From Thermodesulfobacteriota bacterium (GTDB taxonomy: Bacteria; Desulfobacterota_D; UBA1144; Nemesobacterales; Nemesobacteraceae): a DNA stretch of 64,000 nucleotides. Positions 53,087 through 61,582 of this stretch are shown here, one piece after another. The stretch lies in assembly GCA_965202785.1 (NCBI GenBank), contig OZ241855.1:1088001-1152000 (forward strand). The letters are read 5' to 3'. The notes below the pieces were generated by a model. It was not told the origin of the DNA. It saw only the letters and a list, made by a program, of their open reading frames with translations, and did no database searches. Made by a program: the position numbers and the translations under genes. How positions within the stretch are numbered: position 1 is the first letter of the stretch; each line of letters begins with the position of its first letter.

Positions 53087-54535
53087 ATGAAAAAAACCGT
53101 TTTCCTGTTTTTTGCTGTTTGTCTTTTGCTTTTGGGTTCTCTTTCGTGCGCTAAAGTAGAGGAAGACGAAGAAAGCTCTGGATCCCTGTCGCGCGAAAAC
53201 ATACCGGAACTTCTCTCTTCTTCCGGCTCTTCTGAAAAGTTTCCCTCCCTTGCAGGTCTTGTCGAAAAACAAAAGCATTCTGTCGTGAACATAAGCACCA
53301 CGAGTGTCGTAAAGCGGGGAAAGGCAGTCCCTGATTTCGGCGAAGGAGACCCTTTCGAGGAATTTTTCAAAAGATTTTTTCCGAATGACCGGGAACGAGA
53401 GTTCAGGAAAAAGGGCCTGGGCTCCGGGTTCATAGTCAGCAAAGACGGCTACATAGTTACCAACAACCATGTGATCAGCAGAGCAGAAGATATACAGGTC
53501 GTTCTCTACGACGGGTCGAGGTATACGGCCGAGATTGTGGGACAGGACGCGAAAACGGACCTTGCGGTTCTAAAGATAAAGGCTGAAAAAAAGTTAAAGC
53601 CAGTTGTTTTCGGAGATTCGGACAAGCTTAGAATCGGCGACTGGGTCATGGCGATTGGAAATCCCTTCGGACTCGGCTACACCGTGACGGTCGGAATAGT
53701 GAGCGCGAAAGGAAGGTCTCTGGGTCTCGGGGCCTACGATGATTTTATTCAGACCGATGCGTCTCTCAACCCCGGAAACAGCGGAGGTCCGCTTTTTAGC
53801 CTTGGAGGGGATGTGGTCGGTGTTAACACCGCGATAGCGTCTAGAGGACAAGGAATAGGTTTTTCTATCCCAACCAACATGGCCAAGGGGGTCATATCCC
53901 AGCTCATGGAAAAGGGCAAGGTGGTCAGGGGGTGGCTGGGAGTCATTATTCAGCCTATAACGCAGGAGATAGCCGAGAGCATAGGGCATAAGAGCACCGA
54001 CGGAGCTCTTATATCCGATATAAGCCCGGGAAGCCCCGCGGAGAAAGCGGGTCTGCGGAGAGGGGACGTGGTAGTGAAATTTGACGGAGAGCCTATAAGA
54101 GAGTTTACGTCTTTATCCAAGCTCGTGGGAATGAAAGCTCCCGGCACTTCTTCTGAAATCACGATTCTCCGCGACGGGGAGCGCAAGGAGATTTCCGTTG
54201 TTCTCGGCAAGATGCCGGATGAAGAGGCTCCTGCGGAGTCCCGGCGGGACGAAGATATTGAATTAAGCGATATTACCCCGGATATTGCCGCACGGTTCGG
54301 CGTTGAGGATAAGGCCGGAGTGCTGGTTACGAACGTAAACCGTGGCAGCTCGGCTTGGGAGGCGGGATTTCGTTCCGGGGATGTGATACTGGAGGTTAAC
54401 AAGAGCGCCGTGGCGAACCTTGAAGACTACAACAAGATCATAAGCGGCCTGAAACCCGGAAAGCAGTATCTTTTTCTGGTAAAAAAAGGTAAAAACACGA
54501 TTTACATCGGCTATGCTCCCAAAAATAAACAGTAG
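53087..54535 (+). CDS. degP: HtrA/DegP-family serine protease with two PDZ domains
   Basis: TNNHV, DLAVL, QTDASLNPGNSGGPL; lipobox-like LSC. Confidence 0.9.
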   Translation: MKKTVFLFFAVCLLLLGSLSCAKVEEDEESSGSLSRENIPELLSSSGSSEKFPSLAGLVEKQKHSVVNISTTSVVKRGKAVPDFGEGDPFEEFFKRFFPNDREREFRKKGLGSGFIVSKDGYIVTNNHVISRAEDIQVVLYDGSRYTAEIVGQDAKTDLAVLKIKAEKKLKPVVFGDSDKLRIGDWVMAIGNPFGLGYTVTVGIVSAKGRSLGLGAYDDFIQTDASLNPGNSGGPLFSLGGDVVGVNTAIASRGQGIGFSIPTNMAKGVISQLMEKGKVVRGWLGVIIQPITQEIAESIGHKSTDGALISDISPGSPAEKAGLRRGDVVVKFDGEPIREFTSLSKLVGMKAPGTSSEITILRDGERKEISVVLGKMPDEEAPAESRRDEDIELSDITPDIAARFGVEDKAGVLVTNVNRGSSAWEAGFRSGDVILEVNKSAVANLEDYNKIISGLKPGKQYLFLVKKGKNTIYIGYAPKNKQ

Positions 54536-54552
54536 CGGGAGACTTTCGCTGA

Positions 54553-54984
54553 TTACTCTTCAGAGATGATCTTCCTTCGGAACTCTTCCGGCATCCGCAC
54601 GGTTTTTCTCTCTTTGTAGTCAAAAAACACGAGAGAGGTTTTGACTCTGGCAACCTCTTTGCCGTTTTTTCCATTAATGAGTACGTAGATAAGCTCTAGA
54701 AAATGGTTGCCGTACTCGCCGACGCCGATGCTTATCTCCATTACGTCTCCGTAAAACGCTTCGGAACTGTAGGTGATTCCGACGTCTCCCATTATGATTC
54801 CCACTCCCTCTATATCGGCTTCGGTGTAGCCGTGTGTTGCGAGGAACCTTACACGGGCCTCGTGCGCGAGGGTTAACACCGAGTCGTGTCCGAGATGAGC
54901 ACCGTAATTTATGTCGTCTATTCTTATCGGAATTTGTGTTGAAAAGACGAATCTGCTCGGCAGGTCTATTTTTATTCTTGCCAT
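54553..54984 (-). CDS. 4HBT-like thioesterase
   Basis: IRIDDINYGAHLGHD...HEARVRF. Confidence 0.85.
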   Translation of the reverse strand: MARIKIDLPSRFVFSTQIPIRIDDINYGAHLGHDSVLTLAHEARVRFLATHGYTEADIEGVGIIMGDVGITYSSEAFYGDVMEISIGVGEYGNHFLELIYVLINGKNGKEVARVKTSLVFFDYKERKTVRMPEEFRRKIISEE

Positions 54985-55116
54985 TTTCGCGGGTTTTCTA
55001 CCTGAATATATCCGTATTTGAGGGGCTATAAAAGAATTGTTTGCTTTTTAGTTTTCAGGGGTTATAGTCATGCCTCAATAATTGTTCCAACAAATTTTTC
55101 TAGGAGGCAGGATCAG

Positions 55117-55338
55117 ATGGAAGAAAGGACAGAAAAGGAGCATGTAAGTAACCACGTTGATATTGAATCCAAAAGGTTTTTCTTTGACGTCAAGGAAAAC
55201 CACAAGGGTCAGTACCTTAGGATTACCGAACTAAGCGGCGGCCGCTCAAGCATAGTTGTTCCCTTTGAAGGAATAGAGCAGTTCAGGGACAAGCTGGTCG
55301 AAACCATAAAAGAATCCCTCGAACTGGTGGAAGGCTAG
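55117..55338 (+). CDS. PUR-family (DUF3276) single-stranded nucleic-acid-binding protein
   Basis: SKRFFFDVKEN.KG.YLRITE...RSSIVVP; AGGAGG SD. Confidence 0.85.
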   Translation: MEERTEKEHVSNHVDIESKRFFFDVKENHKGQYLRITELSGGRSSIVVPFEGIEQFRDKLVETIKESLELVEG

Positions 55339-55392
55339 AGAAGTTCCCAGGAGTTTTAACCCCTCCCCATCCCGGCACAAGCTTTAAGCTCT

Positions 55393-56673
55393 CTACATGA
55401 TCGCTTTTGCTTTTATCACTCTGAGTTTTATATGATTCGGGTCGGGAAGCTTGCTTATAAATCCGACCTGAACATTCCTGAGCCACATCACCTGTTTCGG
55501 AGCCAGCACCTCTTTTATCTTGAAGCGGTTTGATCCGAAAGGGGTGTTCGAGGATTTGAAAAACTCTATTTCAAGCACTATTTTCTCGTAAGCGATGTCG
55601 CTTATGTTCTCGATGACCAGCTTGCTGAGCGTTGCGGTTGCCCCGGGGATTCCGCTTCCCCATTCAAACTCCCTTATTACTATATCGTGTTTTGGGAAGG
55701 CTTCTCTGGGTTGTTCTTCGGAAAGTTCCGTGCTCTTGTCCGCAACCGAACCGGCAGAGTCGACCGAGCTGGCCGGAGGAGAGACGCTCTCGGTTCCTTC
55801 GTCGTAAGCGCTTTCGGATTCATCCGGGGATGGTGCTTCCTGGCGCCGTTCGGCTTTTTTCTCCCCGTCTTTTTTCCTGAGTATGCTGACGGAGCTGATT
55901 TTTTTCTTTATCCTCTCCCCGAGGCTTCCCCCGCCGGAAAGAATGTAATTGAGTTCCTTTGTTGTTATCACCTCGGCTCCAGAGACGGCGATGGACCTTT
56001 CAACGGCTTTCGGACTCGAGAAACCGACGTTTATTCCCGTAAAGGTTCTTTCCTCTCCGGCGGGAAGTACGTTGTGTATAGTCACCGAGGACAGGTGAGT
56101 ACTGCCCGATCCGGTTCCGCCGTCTTTTTCCGTTAAAAGCAGCCTTATGTTCTTAAAGTGGTTTTGTCCTGTGTTCTCAAGGGTGATTTCCGTTATGAAA
56201 CCCTCCGTTCCAAAGCTCGCGCCTTCAAACTCCCAGTTTTTTATGAAAATCGCGTTCTCGGCACCTGCGGACAAAGAACTTCCCGACACCTCGGCGCCGG
56301 TTACCATCGCCTCGGAGTTCTCGAGGTCCGAGTTCATTAGCCCCAGGTCCAGATTGAAGAAGGTTTTCTGGCTTCCTGCGGGCAGTTCCTCGGGTATTTT
56401 TCCTTGAAGCGAACCCAGAAGCTTGCCGGTTCTTGTAAACAGATCAACCCTGATTTTAATGTTCTTGTAGCTGGTTTTGCCGGAGTTTGCGATGGTTATT
56501 TCTCCGAGCGTTGCCATGCGCCCCACTCCGTAGGATTTCCACGAGTAGTCCGTTACAGTAAGATCTTCCCGCGGATTTGACTGCGCATAAGCGACCTCCG
56601 CTTGCGGAGAGAGAAGAAGCGGAAAAAGCAGGAGAACAAGTGTGGCTGTAGCGACGCGGATTATGCTTTTCAT
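55393..56673 (-). CDS. Exported hypothetical protein with three internal repeats (FxLYD-like)
   Basis: Signal peptide AYA-Q; 3x W......A.L.E.TI.N.....YKNI...LPAG..TF. Confidence 0.75.
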   Translation of the reverse strand: MKSIIRVATATLVLLLFPLLLSPQAEVAYAQSNPREDLTVTDYSWKSYGVGRMATLGEITIANSGKTSYKNIKIRVDLFTRTGKLLGSLQGKIPEELPAGSQKTFFNLDLGLMNSDLENSEAMVTGAEVSGSSLSAGAENAIFIKNWEFEGASFGTEGFITEITLENTGQNHFKNIRLLLTEKDGGTGSGSTHLSSVTIHNVLPAGEERTFTGINVGFSSPKAVERSIAVSGAEVITTKELNYILSGGGSLGERIKKKISSVSILRKKDGEKKAERRQEAPSPDESESAYDEGTESVSPPASSVDSAGSVADKSTELSEEQPREAFPKHDIVIREFEWGSGIPGATATLSKLVIENISDIAYEKIVLEIEFFKSSNTPFGSNRFKIKEVLAPKQVMWLRNVQVGFISKLPDPNHIKLRVIKAKAIM

Positions 56674-56856
56674 CAGGTCTTAAAGAATGGTTTGTAGTAG
56701 TATACCGGAGAGTTTTTGTTATGGAAGTTCCGGGAGAAGGCTTTTTTGCTTGAGATATCTTCTAAAAAGGTTATAAATCTAGAGCAGCCAGCCGGCAACT
56801 AAAGATTTTCTCGGCGCGCGATTCGCCGCAACTCATGGAAACAGCGGGTTTTTTCA

Positions 56857-57195
56857 ATGGCAATTTACATATTACTCAGCAGGCTTACTCCCGAGGGCAG
56901 AAAAACCGTAAAGGAACGGCCCGGGAGAATAAAGGAAGTCGACAAGGAGCTTGAGGACATAGGCGTCAGGGTTCTCGAGCAGTATGCGACCCTTGGCAGA
57001 TACGATTTTGTAAACATAGTGGAGGCCCCCGATAACGAGACAATAGGCAAGGTTTCGGTTGACCTCTGCTCAAGGGGAACGGTCGAGCTGGTAACTCTTC
57101 CGGCGGTCTCGGTCGAATCTCTGGTTGAATCCCTTAACAGGGCTAGAGCGGAGAAGATGCCCCCACCGCCATCCGGGGAAGACAAGGATGTTTAA
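56857..57195 (+). CDS. GYD-domain protein
   Basis: YATLGRYDFVNIVEAPD. Confidence 0.88.
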   Translation: MAIYILLSRLTPEGRKTVKERPGRIKEVDKELEDIGVRVLEQYATLGRYDFVNIVEAPDNETIGKVSVDLCSRGTVELVTLPAVSVESLVESLNRARAEKMPPPPSGEDKDV

Positions 57196-57346
57196 AAAAT
57201 ATTTCGGCGTAGTGGAAGAACAGTCGCGGGACGTTTTCGGGACACACCCGAAGAAAACCCTCTCGGCTTTTTCCTTTTTCTCGGTCGCCGCGGTCATTTT
57301 ACCCTTGGCCATACTCATCCTGTTCATTCTGCTCAAGTTTTTCTAA
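57188..57346 (+). CDS. Small membrane protein
   Basis: 52 aa, C-terminal TM helix, overlaps the GYD stop and ends just before mutL. Confidence 0.55.
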   Translation: MFKKYFGVVEEQSRDVFGTHPKKTLSAFSFFSVAAVILPLAILILFILLKFF

Positions 57347-57353
57347 AGTATTA

Positions 57354-59156
57354 ATGGCCAAAATCAGAACACTTCCGGATGTACTTGTCTCTAAGATAGC
57401 TGCCGGAGAAATAGTCGAAAGACCCGCCTCCGTAGTAAAAGAACTTCTTGAAAACTCAATTGACGCTGGGGCGACCAGAATATCCATACACCTTGAAGCT
57501 GGAGGTAAACGGCTTGTAAGAGTGGTTGACAACGGCCACGGAATGTCCCGTGACGATGCTCTCATGAGCATTGAACGCCATGCTACGAGCAAAATAAGGG
57601 ATATCGAGGATCTTTTCTCGATAGAGACCCTTGGTTTTCGCGGCGAGGCGCTTCCGAGCATAGCCAGCGTTTCAAGGTTCAGAATGATAACCGTCGCCGA
57701 GGGTTCGAAATCCGGCACCGAAATCTACATTGAAGGCGGAGTAGTAAGGAAGATAAAGGAGACGGCGTCTCCGGTGGGTTCATCAATTGAGGTTAAGAAC
57801 CTGTTTTTCAACACCCCGCCGCGGCTTAAGTTTCTTAGGAAGCCGGAGACCGAGTTTGGCAGGGTTCTTGAGGTTATCCAGCGCGAAGCTCTTTCACGAC
57901 CCGGAGTGTCTTTTGAGGTTTCCTCAGATGGAAGAACCATCCATCGCTACGGCGCAAGCGAGTCGCTTGCCCAACGCGTAACACAGATAATTCCCGGCAC
58001 GTCGCTTTACCCTGTGGACTTTGAAGACGAGACGCTGGCACTGCACGGCTTCCTGGGAAGTCCTCTGGACCCACGCTCCTCGATGCGCAGGCTCTTTACT
58101 TACGTAAATGCAAGACCCGTAAGGGACCGTTTTATAAACAGGGTTATAATGGAATGTTACGGAAGGATGGTTGAAAAGGGGAAATATCCCCAAGGGGCGG
58201 TCTTTATTGAAAGAGATCCCGCCTTGGTGGACGTGAACGTACATCCGACCAAAAGCGAGGTGATGTTCGAGAACCGGTACAAGGTTGGCCAGAGCATCCG
58301 CCGCGCGATAGGCGGCATGCTTGCCGATGCACCCTGGATGAAGGGTTACAGGGAAAGAACCCAGAAGGCTCTTGAAGATTTCTACGAGAAGCAAAAAGAT
58401 CCCGGACTTTCTGAGAACAGGGGTTACTCCACAAAAGGGCCTTCACCAGAAGCAGCTTCCACCCAGGCCGCCCACAAGACTGAGTCGGGGTCTCTACGCC
58501 CTAACAACGGTGACTCCTCTATATCTGAGAAATCTCCAGAGGCCGCAGGAGAGGATATGTTCTCCGAAGGCTTTTATTCAAACCTCAGGTTCCTCGGACA
58601 GGTAGGAAAGCTTTATCTTGTATGCGAGGATCCGGACGGCATCATTCTTATTGATCAGCACGCGGCCCATGAGCGGGTTAACTTCGAGAGGATAAGAAAA
58701 TCCTATCTCCAAGAAGCTTTTTCCTGCTCCCAGAAACTTCTCATCCCCGAAGTCGTCGAACTTACGGTCCGGGAAATCAATGCGGCGCAGCAGTTTGCAG
58801 ACGAAATGGAGAAACTCGGCTTTGATTTCGAAGTTTTCGGGGAAAACGCGGTGAGAGTGAAATCCGTCCCGGGGTTTTTAAGGGACTCCGATTACGCCCG
58901 GGTTTTTGGCGACCTGTTTGATGAGCTTGATGGTCTGGGCGACCCCAAGAGTTTGGAGCAGCATCTTGATGCCGTGTGCGCGACCATGGCGTGCCACAGT
59001 TCAATAACCGCGAACCGAACGCTCTCGGAGCAGGAAGCGCGGACTCTTTTTGCGGATATGGATGCTTCTCAGAATCCGCACGCCTGCCCTCACGGCCGAC
59101 CGGTTGCGACCCGGATATCGTACAATATGCTTGAAAAGATGTTTAAGAGAACTTGA
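57354..59156 (+). CDS. mutL: DNA mismatch repair protein MutL
   Basis: IAAGE.VERP, GFRGEAL, DVNVHP.K, DQHAAHER, CPHGRP. Confidence 0.98.
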   Translation: MAKIRTLPDVLVSKIAAGEIVERPASVVKELLENSIDAGATRISIHLEAGGKRLVRVVDNGHGMSRDDALMSIERHATSKIRDIEDLFSIETLGFRGEALPSIASVSRFRMITVAEGSKSGTEIYIEGGVVRKIKETASPVGSSIEVKNLFFNTPPRLKFLRKPETEFGRVLEVIQREALSRPGVSFEVSSDGRTIHRYGASESLAQRVTQIIPGTSLYPVDFEDETLALHGFLGSPLDPRSSMRRLFTYVNARPVRDRFINRVIMECYGRMVEKGKYPQGAVFIERDPALVDVNVHPTKSEVMFENRYKVGQSIRRAIGGMLADAPWMKGYRERTQKALEDFYEKQKDPGLSENRGYSTKGPSPEAASTQAAHKTESGSLRPNNGDSSISEKSPEAAGEDMFSEGFYSNLRFLGQVGKLYLVCEDPDGIILIDQHAAHERVNFERIRKSYLQEAFSCSQKLLIPEVVELTVREINAAQQFADEMEKLGFDFEVFGENAVRVKSVPGFLRDSDYARVFGDLFDELDGLGDPKSLEQHLDAVCATMACHSSITANRTLSEQEARTLFADMDASQNPHACPHGRPVATRISYNMLEKMFKRT

Positions 59157-59243
59157 TTCTCGGGGTTGATACATGGTGACGGCAAGCAAGAATTTCCAAG
59201 AAAAATTACTTTTTACAATTCATAAAGGAGGATCGAATCCGAA

Positions 59244-59813
59244 ATGGCTGTTGTTGACACGAGTGGTTTTCACAAGGGCATGAAGATTGAGACTGAAGGG
59301 GCGATCTGGGAGATAGTTGAGTACAAGCATTCAAAGATGGCGCAGAGAAGCCCGATAGTTACGGCGAGGCTTAAGAATATCGCCACGGGAGCCGTGCGGG
59401 AAATGAAATTCCGCGCGGGAGACACGTTTAATGTTCCCGATATCCAGAAAAGAACCATGCAGTATCTCTACAGGGACGATGAAATGTTTTACTTCATGGA
59501 TTCCGAGACTTTTGACCAGTTCCCCTTCAGGGCGGATGCAATAGGGGATGCGACGAAGTTTCTCAAGGAACAGCAGGAAGTCACGGTGCAGATGCATGAA
59601 GGAGAACTCATAGGGGTGGAGCTTCCCACAGCCGTTGTTTTCGAGGTTACCCACACGGAACCTGGAGTGAAGGGAGATACAGTTTCAAGCACCACGAAAC
59701 CGGCGACTATAGAAACCGGAGCGGTGGTGGCCGTCCCTCTTTTTATCAACATCGGGGACATGATAAAAGTTGATACGAGAAACGGGAACTACCTCGAAAG
59801 GGCGAAATCCTGA
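59244..59813 (+). CDS. efp: Elongation factor P
   Basis: MQYLY, PGVKGDT, KPATIETG, VPLFI, DTR.G.Y..R. Confidence 0.96.
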   Translation: MAVVDTSGFHKGMKIETEGAIWEIVEYKHSKMAQRSPIVTARLKNIATGAVREMKFRAGDTFNVPDIQKRTMQYLYRDDEMFYFMDSETFDQFPFRADAIGDATKFLKEQQEVTVQMHEGELIGVELPTAVVFEVTHTEPGVKGDTVSSTTKPATIETGAVVAVPLFINIGDMIKVDTRNGNYLERAKS

Positions 59814-59852
59814 GTTAACCCGATTCTTCTATGAAAAATGACTAGTTGGTTA

Positions 59853-59875
59853 AACCGACTCATAATAAGTCGGTT
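59853..59875. terminator. Hairpin between convergent efp and adhesin 2
   Basis: AACCGACT-cataata-AGTCGGTT. Confidence 0.4.
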
Positions 59876-59938
59876 AAGGTCGGAGACCCTGTCGATTTTT
59901 CCCCGCAAAATGGTAAGTCAGCTTGTGTTTTTGGTAAG

Positions 59939-61582
59939 TTACTTAGTCCCTCTCCGCAACTGATCTGATACTGGGGTAAAACTCCTGGTTTTATGAAAAT
60001 TCTGAGGTAAGAAGCTTTCTACCCCTTGACCTATATGCGCATCCTTTAAAGAGCGTCTTTTAATCAAGAGGGCCCCAAGCAACGCGAACGCCGCGATAAG
60101 CAGTCCGAACGCTCCTCCGCCCGGATCTCCTCCGACGGCGCAGCCTCCTCCGCCGCTGTCACTTCGCTCCGGCTGTTCTTCAACCCTATAGCCGGAACCC
60201 ACTATGTACAGGATGTCTCCATCATCCGAAAGAATCCGCACGGCGTAACCCATTATGAGCAAGGAATCCTCCGTGTATTCTTCGGGTCCATCCACCGCGA
60301 CAAGCCTGTAGCCGGTCTCTGTGTGTTCCTTCTCCCTGTCCCCTCCGTCGAATATCACTCTTCCCATCTCATCCATGATGTAGATGTAGACGTCCCCCTC
60401 TCTCCACGGCTCCATCCTCAGTATCCCCCGCAGCTGCGCGGGGTCCGTATCATCCCCGATGGCTTGCTCAATAAACATTTTGGCCGACCCGACAAAACCC
60501 TTCAGTTCTTCGTCGGTATCCACATCCCCGGCTTCGGGAGTAGGAACTCCGATATTCGGGTCCCCAGGGAAATCACTGCCCCCGGGAGACTCGTCGAAGC
60601 CTCCAAGCAGTATGAACTCTTTCTCTCCATGCGTCAGGGGAAAATGGGAAGAGGTGAACGGATGCGCGTAACCGCTTCTCTCTCCGTCGTACTCAATGAA
60701 GCATCCCTCCGTCTCAAGCACGGACCCCCCTCCTTCACATCTGAGAGCGGACCAGTTGAGGTCTTCTTTCGTCCTGTCTTCGGCGTGGAAGTACACCCCT
60801 CCTTGTCCGGTGAGAAGCACGAGGTAGGTTTCGCCGTCATTCCATCTCTCCTCCCTGAAATCCTCAAGGAGCGAAAGGGTGCCCGCGAAGCCCTCCTTGC
60901 CGGCGATTTCCCCCGCGGCGCACTCAACCACGAATTCCATGAGACTGTCATCGTCATTTTCGCTCACGTCGGAAACCGAACACATCTCTTCCTGCGTTTC
61001 TTCTTCCGGTTCCTGCGGAGCCGACCCGCCGCCTCCGCCACCGCCGCCTCCCGGCCCAGGTCCGGTCGGGCCCGTCGGCTCGTCTTCGTCATCGTCGTCG
61101 GTCACCGTCACCGTCACCACGTCCTCTCCTACCGAAGTGTTGTAATCGTTGTCAGCCGAGAGGACCGTCATCTGGATGGTCGTCATGCGCTCATCGCCGG
61201 GGTTGTCTTCGTCGTCGTTCACACCCCTCACCGTCACCGTCTGCGGTATGTTCCAGTTGCCGGTCGTGAACATAACCTCCCTGATGTTCGTCGGCGGGGT
61301 CGTGCCGTCGAGCGTCACGACCGTCCGGTCGGAGGAGGTGATGTGGAGCCTAACGTCGGCGCTCGGCTGCGTTTTCAGAACAACATTGAACGTCCCCGTG
61401 CCGCCGGCCTCCGCCACCGTCAAAACCATGGGCGTTACCGTGATCCCGGCTGTCGCCACTTGCCCCGTCCCCGTGCCCCGGACGGCGAAGTTATAGGGGT
61501 TCTCGTTCGAGTCGTTGTTATCGATCAAGACCGTGGCCTGCCGCCCCCCTGACCCCGACGGGTCGAATTTCAGGGTGGTCAT
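59939..61582 (-). CDS. C-terminal part of split adhesin 2 (Ig/Calx-like domain, tandem Cache-like domains, GGC-CTERM)
   Basis: Begins mid choice-of-anchor-D repeat; homologous to the adhesin 1 C-terminus. Confidence 0.75.
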   Translation of the reverse strand: MTTLKFDPSGSGGRQATVLIDNNDSNENPYNFAVRGTGTGQVATAGITVTPMVLTVAEAGGTGTFNVVLKTQPSADVRLHITSSDRTVVTLDGTTPPTNIREVMFTTGNWNIPQTVTVRGVNDDEDNPGDERMTTIQMTVLSADNDYNTSVGEDVVTVTVTDDDDEDEPTGPTGPGPGGGGGGGGGSAPQEPEEETQEEMCSVSDVSENDDDSLMEFVVECAAGEIAGKEGFAGTLSLLEDFREERWNDGETYLVLLTGQGGVYFHAEDRTKEDLNWSALRCEGGGSVLETEGCFIEYDGERSGYAHPFTSSHFPLTHGEKEFILLGGFDESPGGSDFPGDPNIGVPTPEAGDVDTDEELKGFVGSAKMFIEQAIGDDTDPAQLRGILRMEPWREGDVYIYIMDEMGRVIFDGGDREKEHTETGYRLVAVDGPEEYTEDSLLIMGYAVRILSDDGDILYIVGSGYRVEEQPERSDSGGGGCAVGGDPGGGAFGLLIAAFALLGALLIKRRSLKDAHIGQGVESFLPQNFHKTRSFTPVSDQLRRGTK

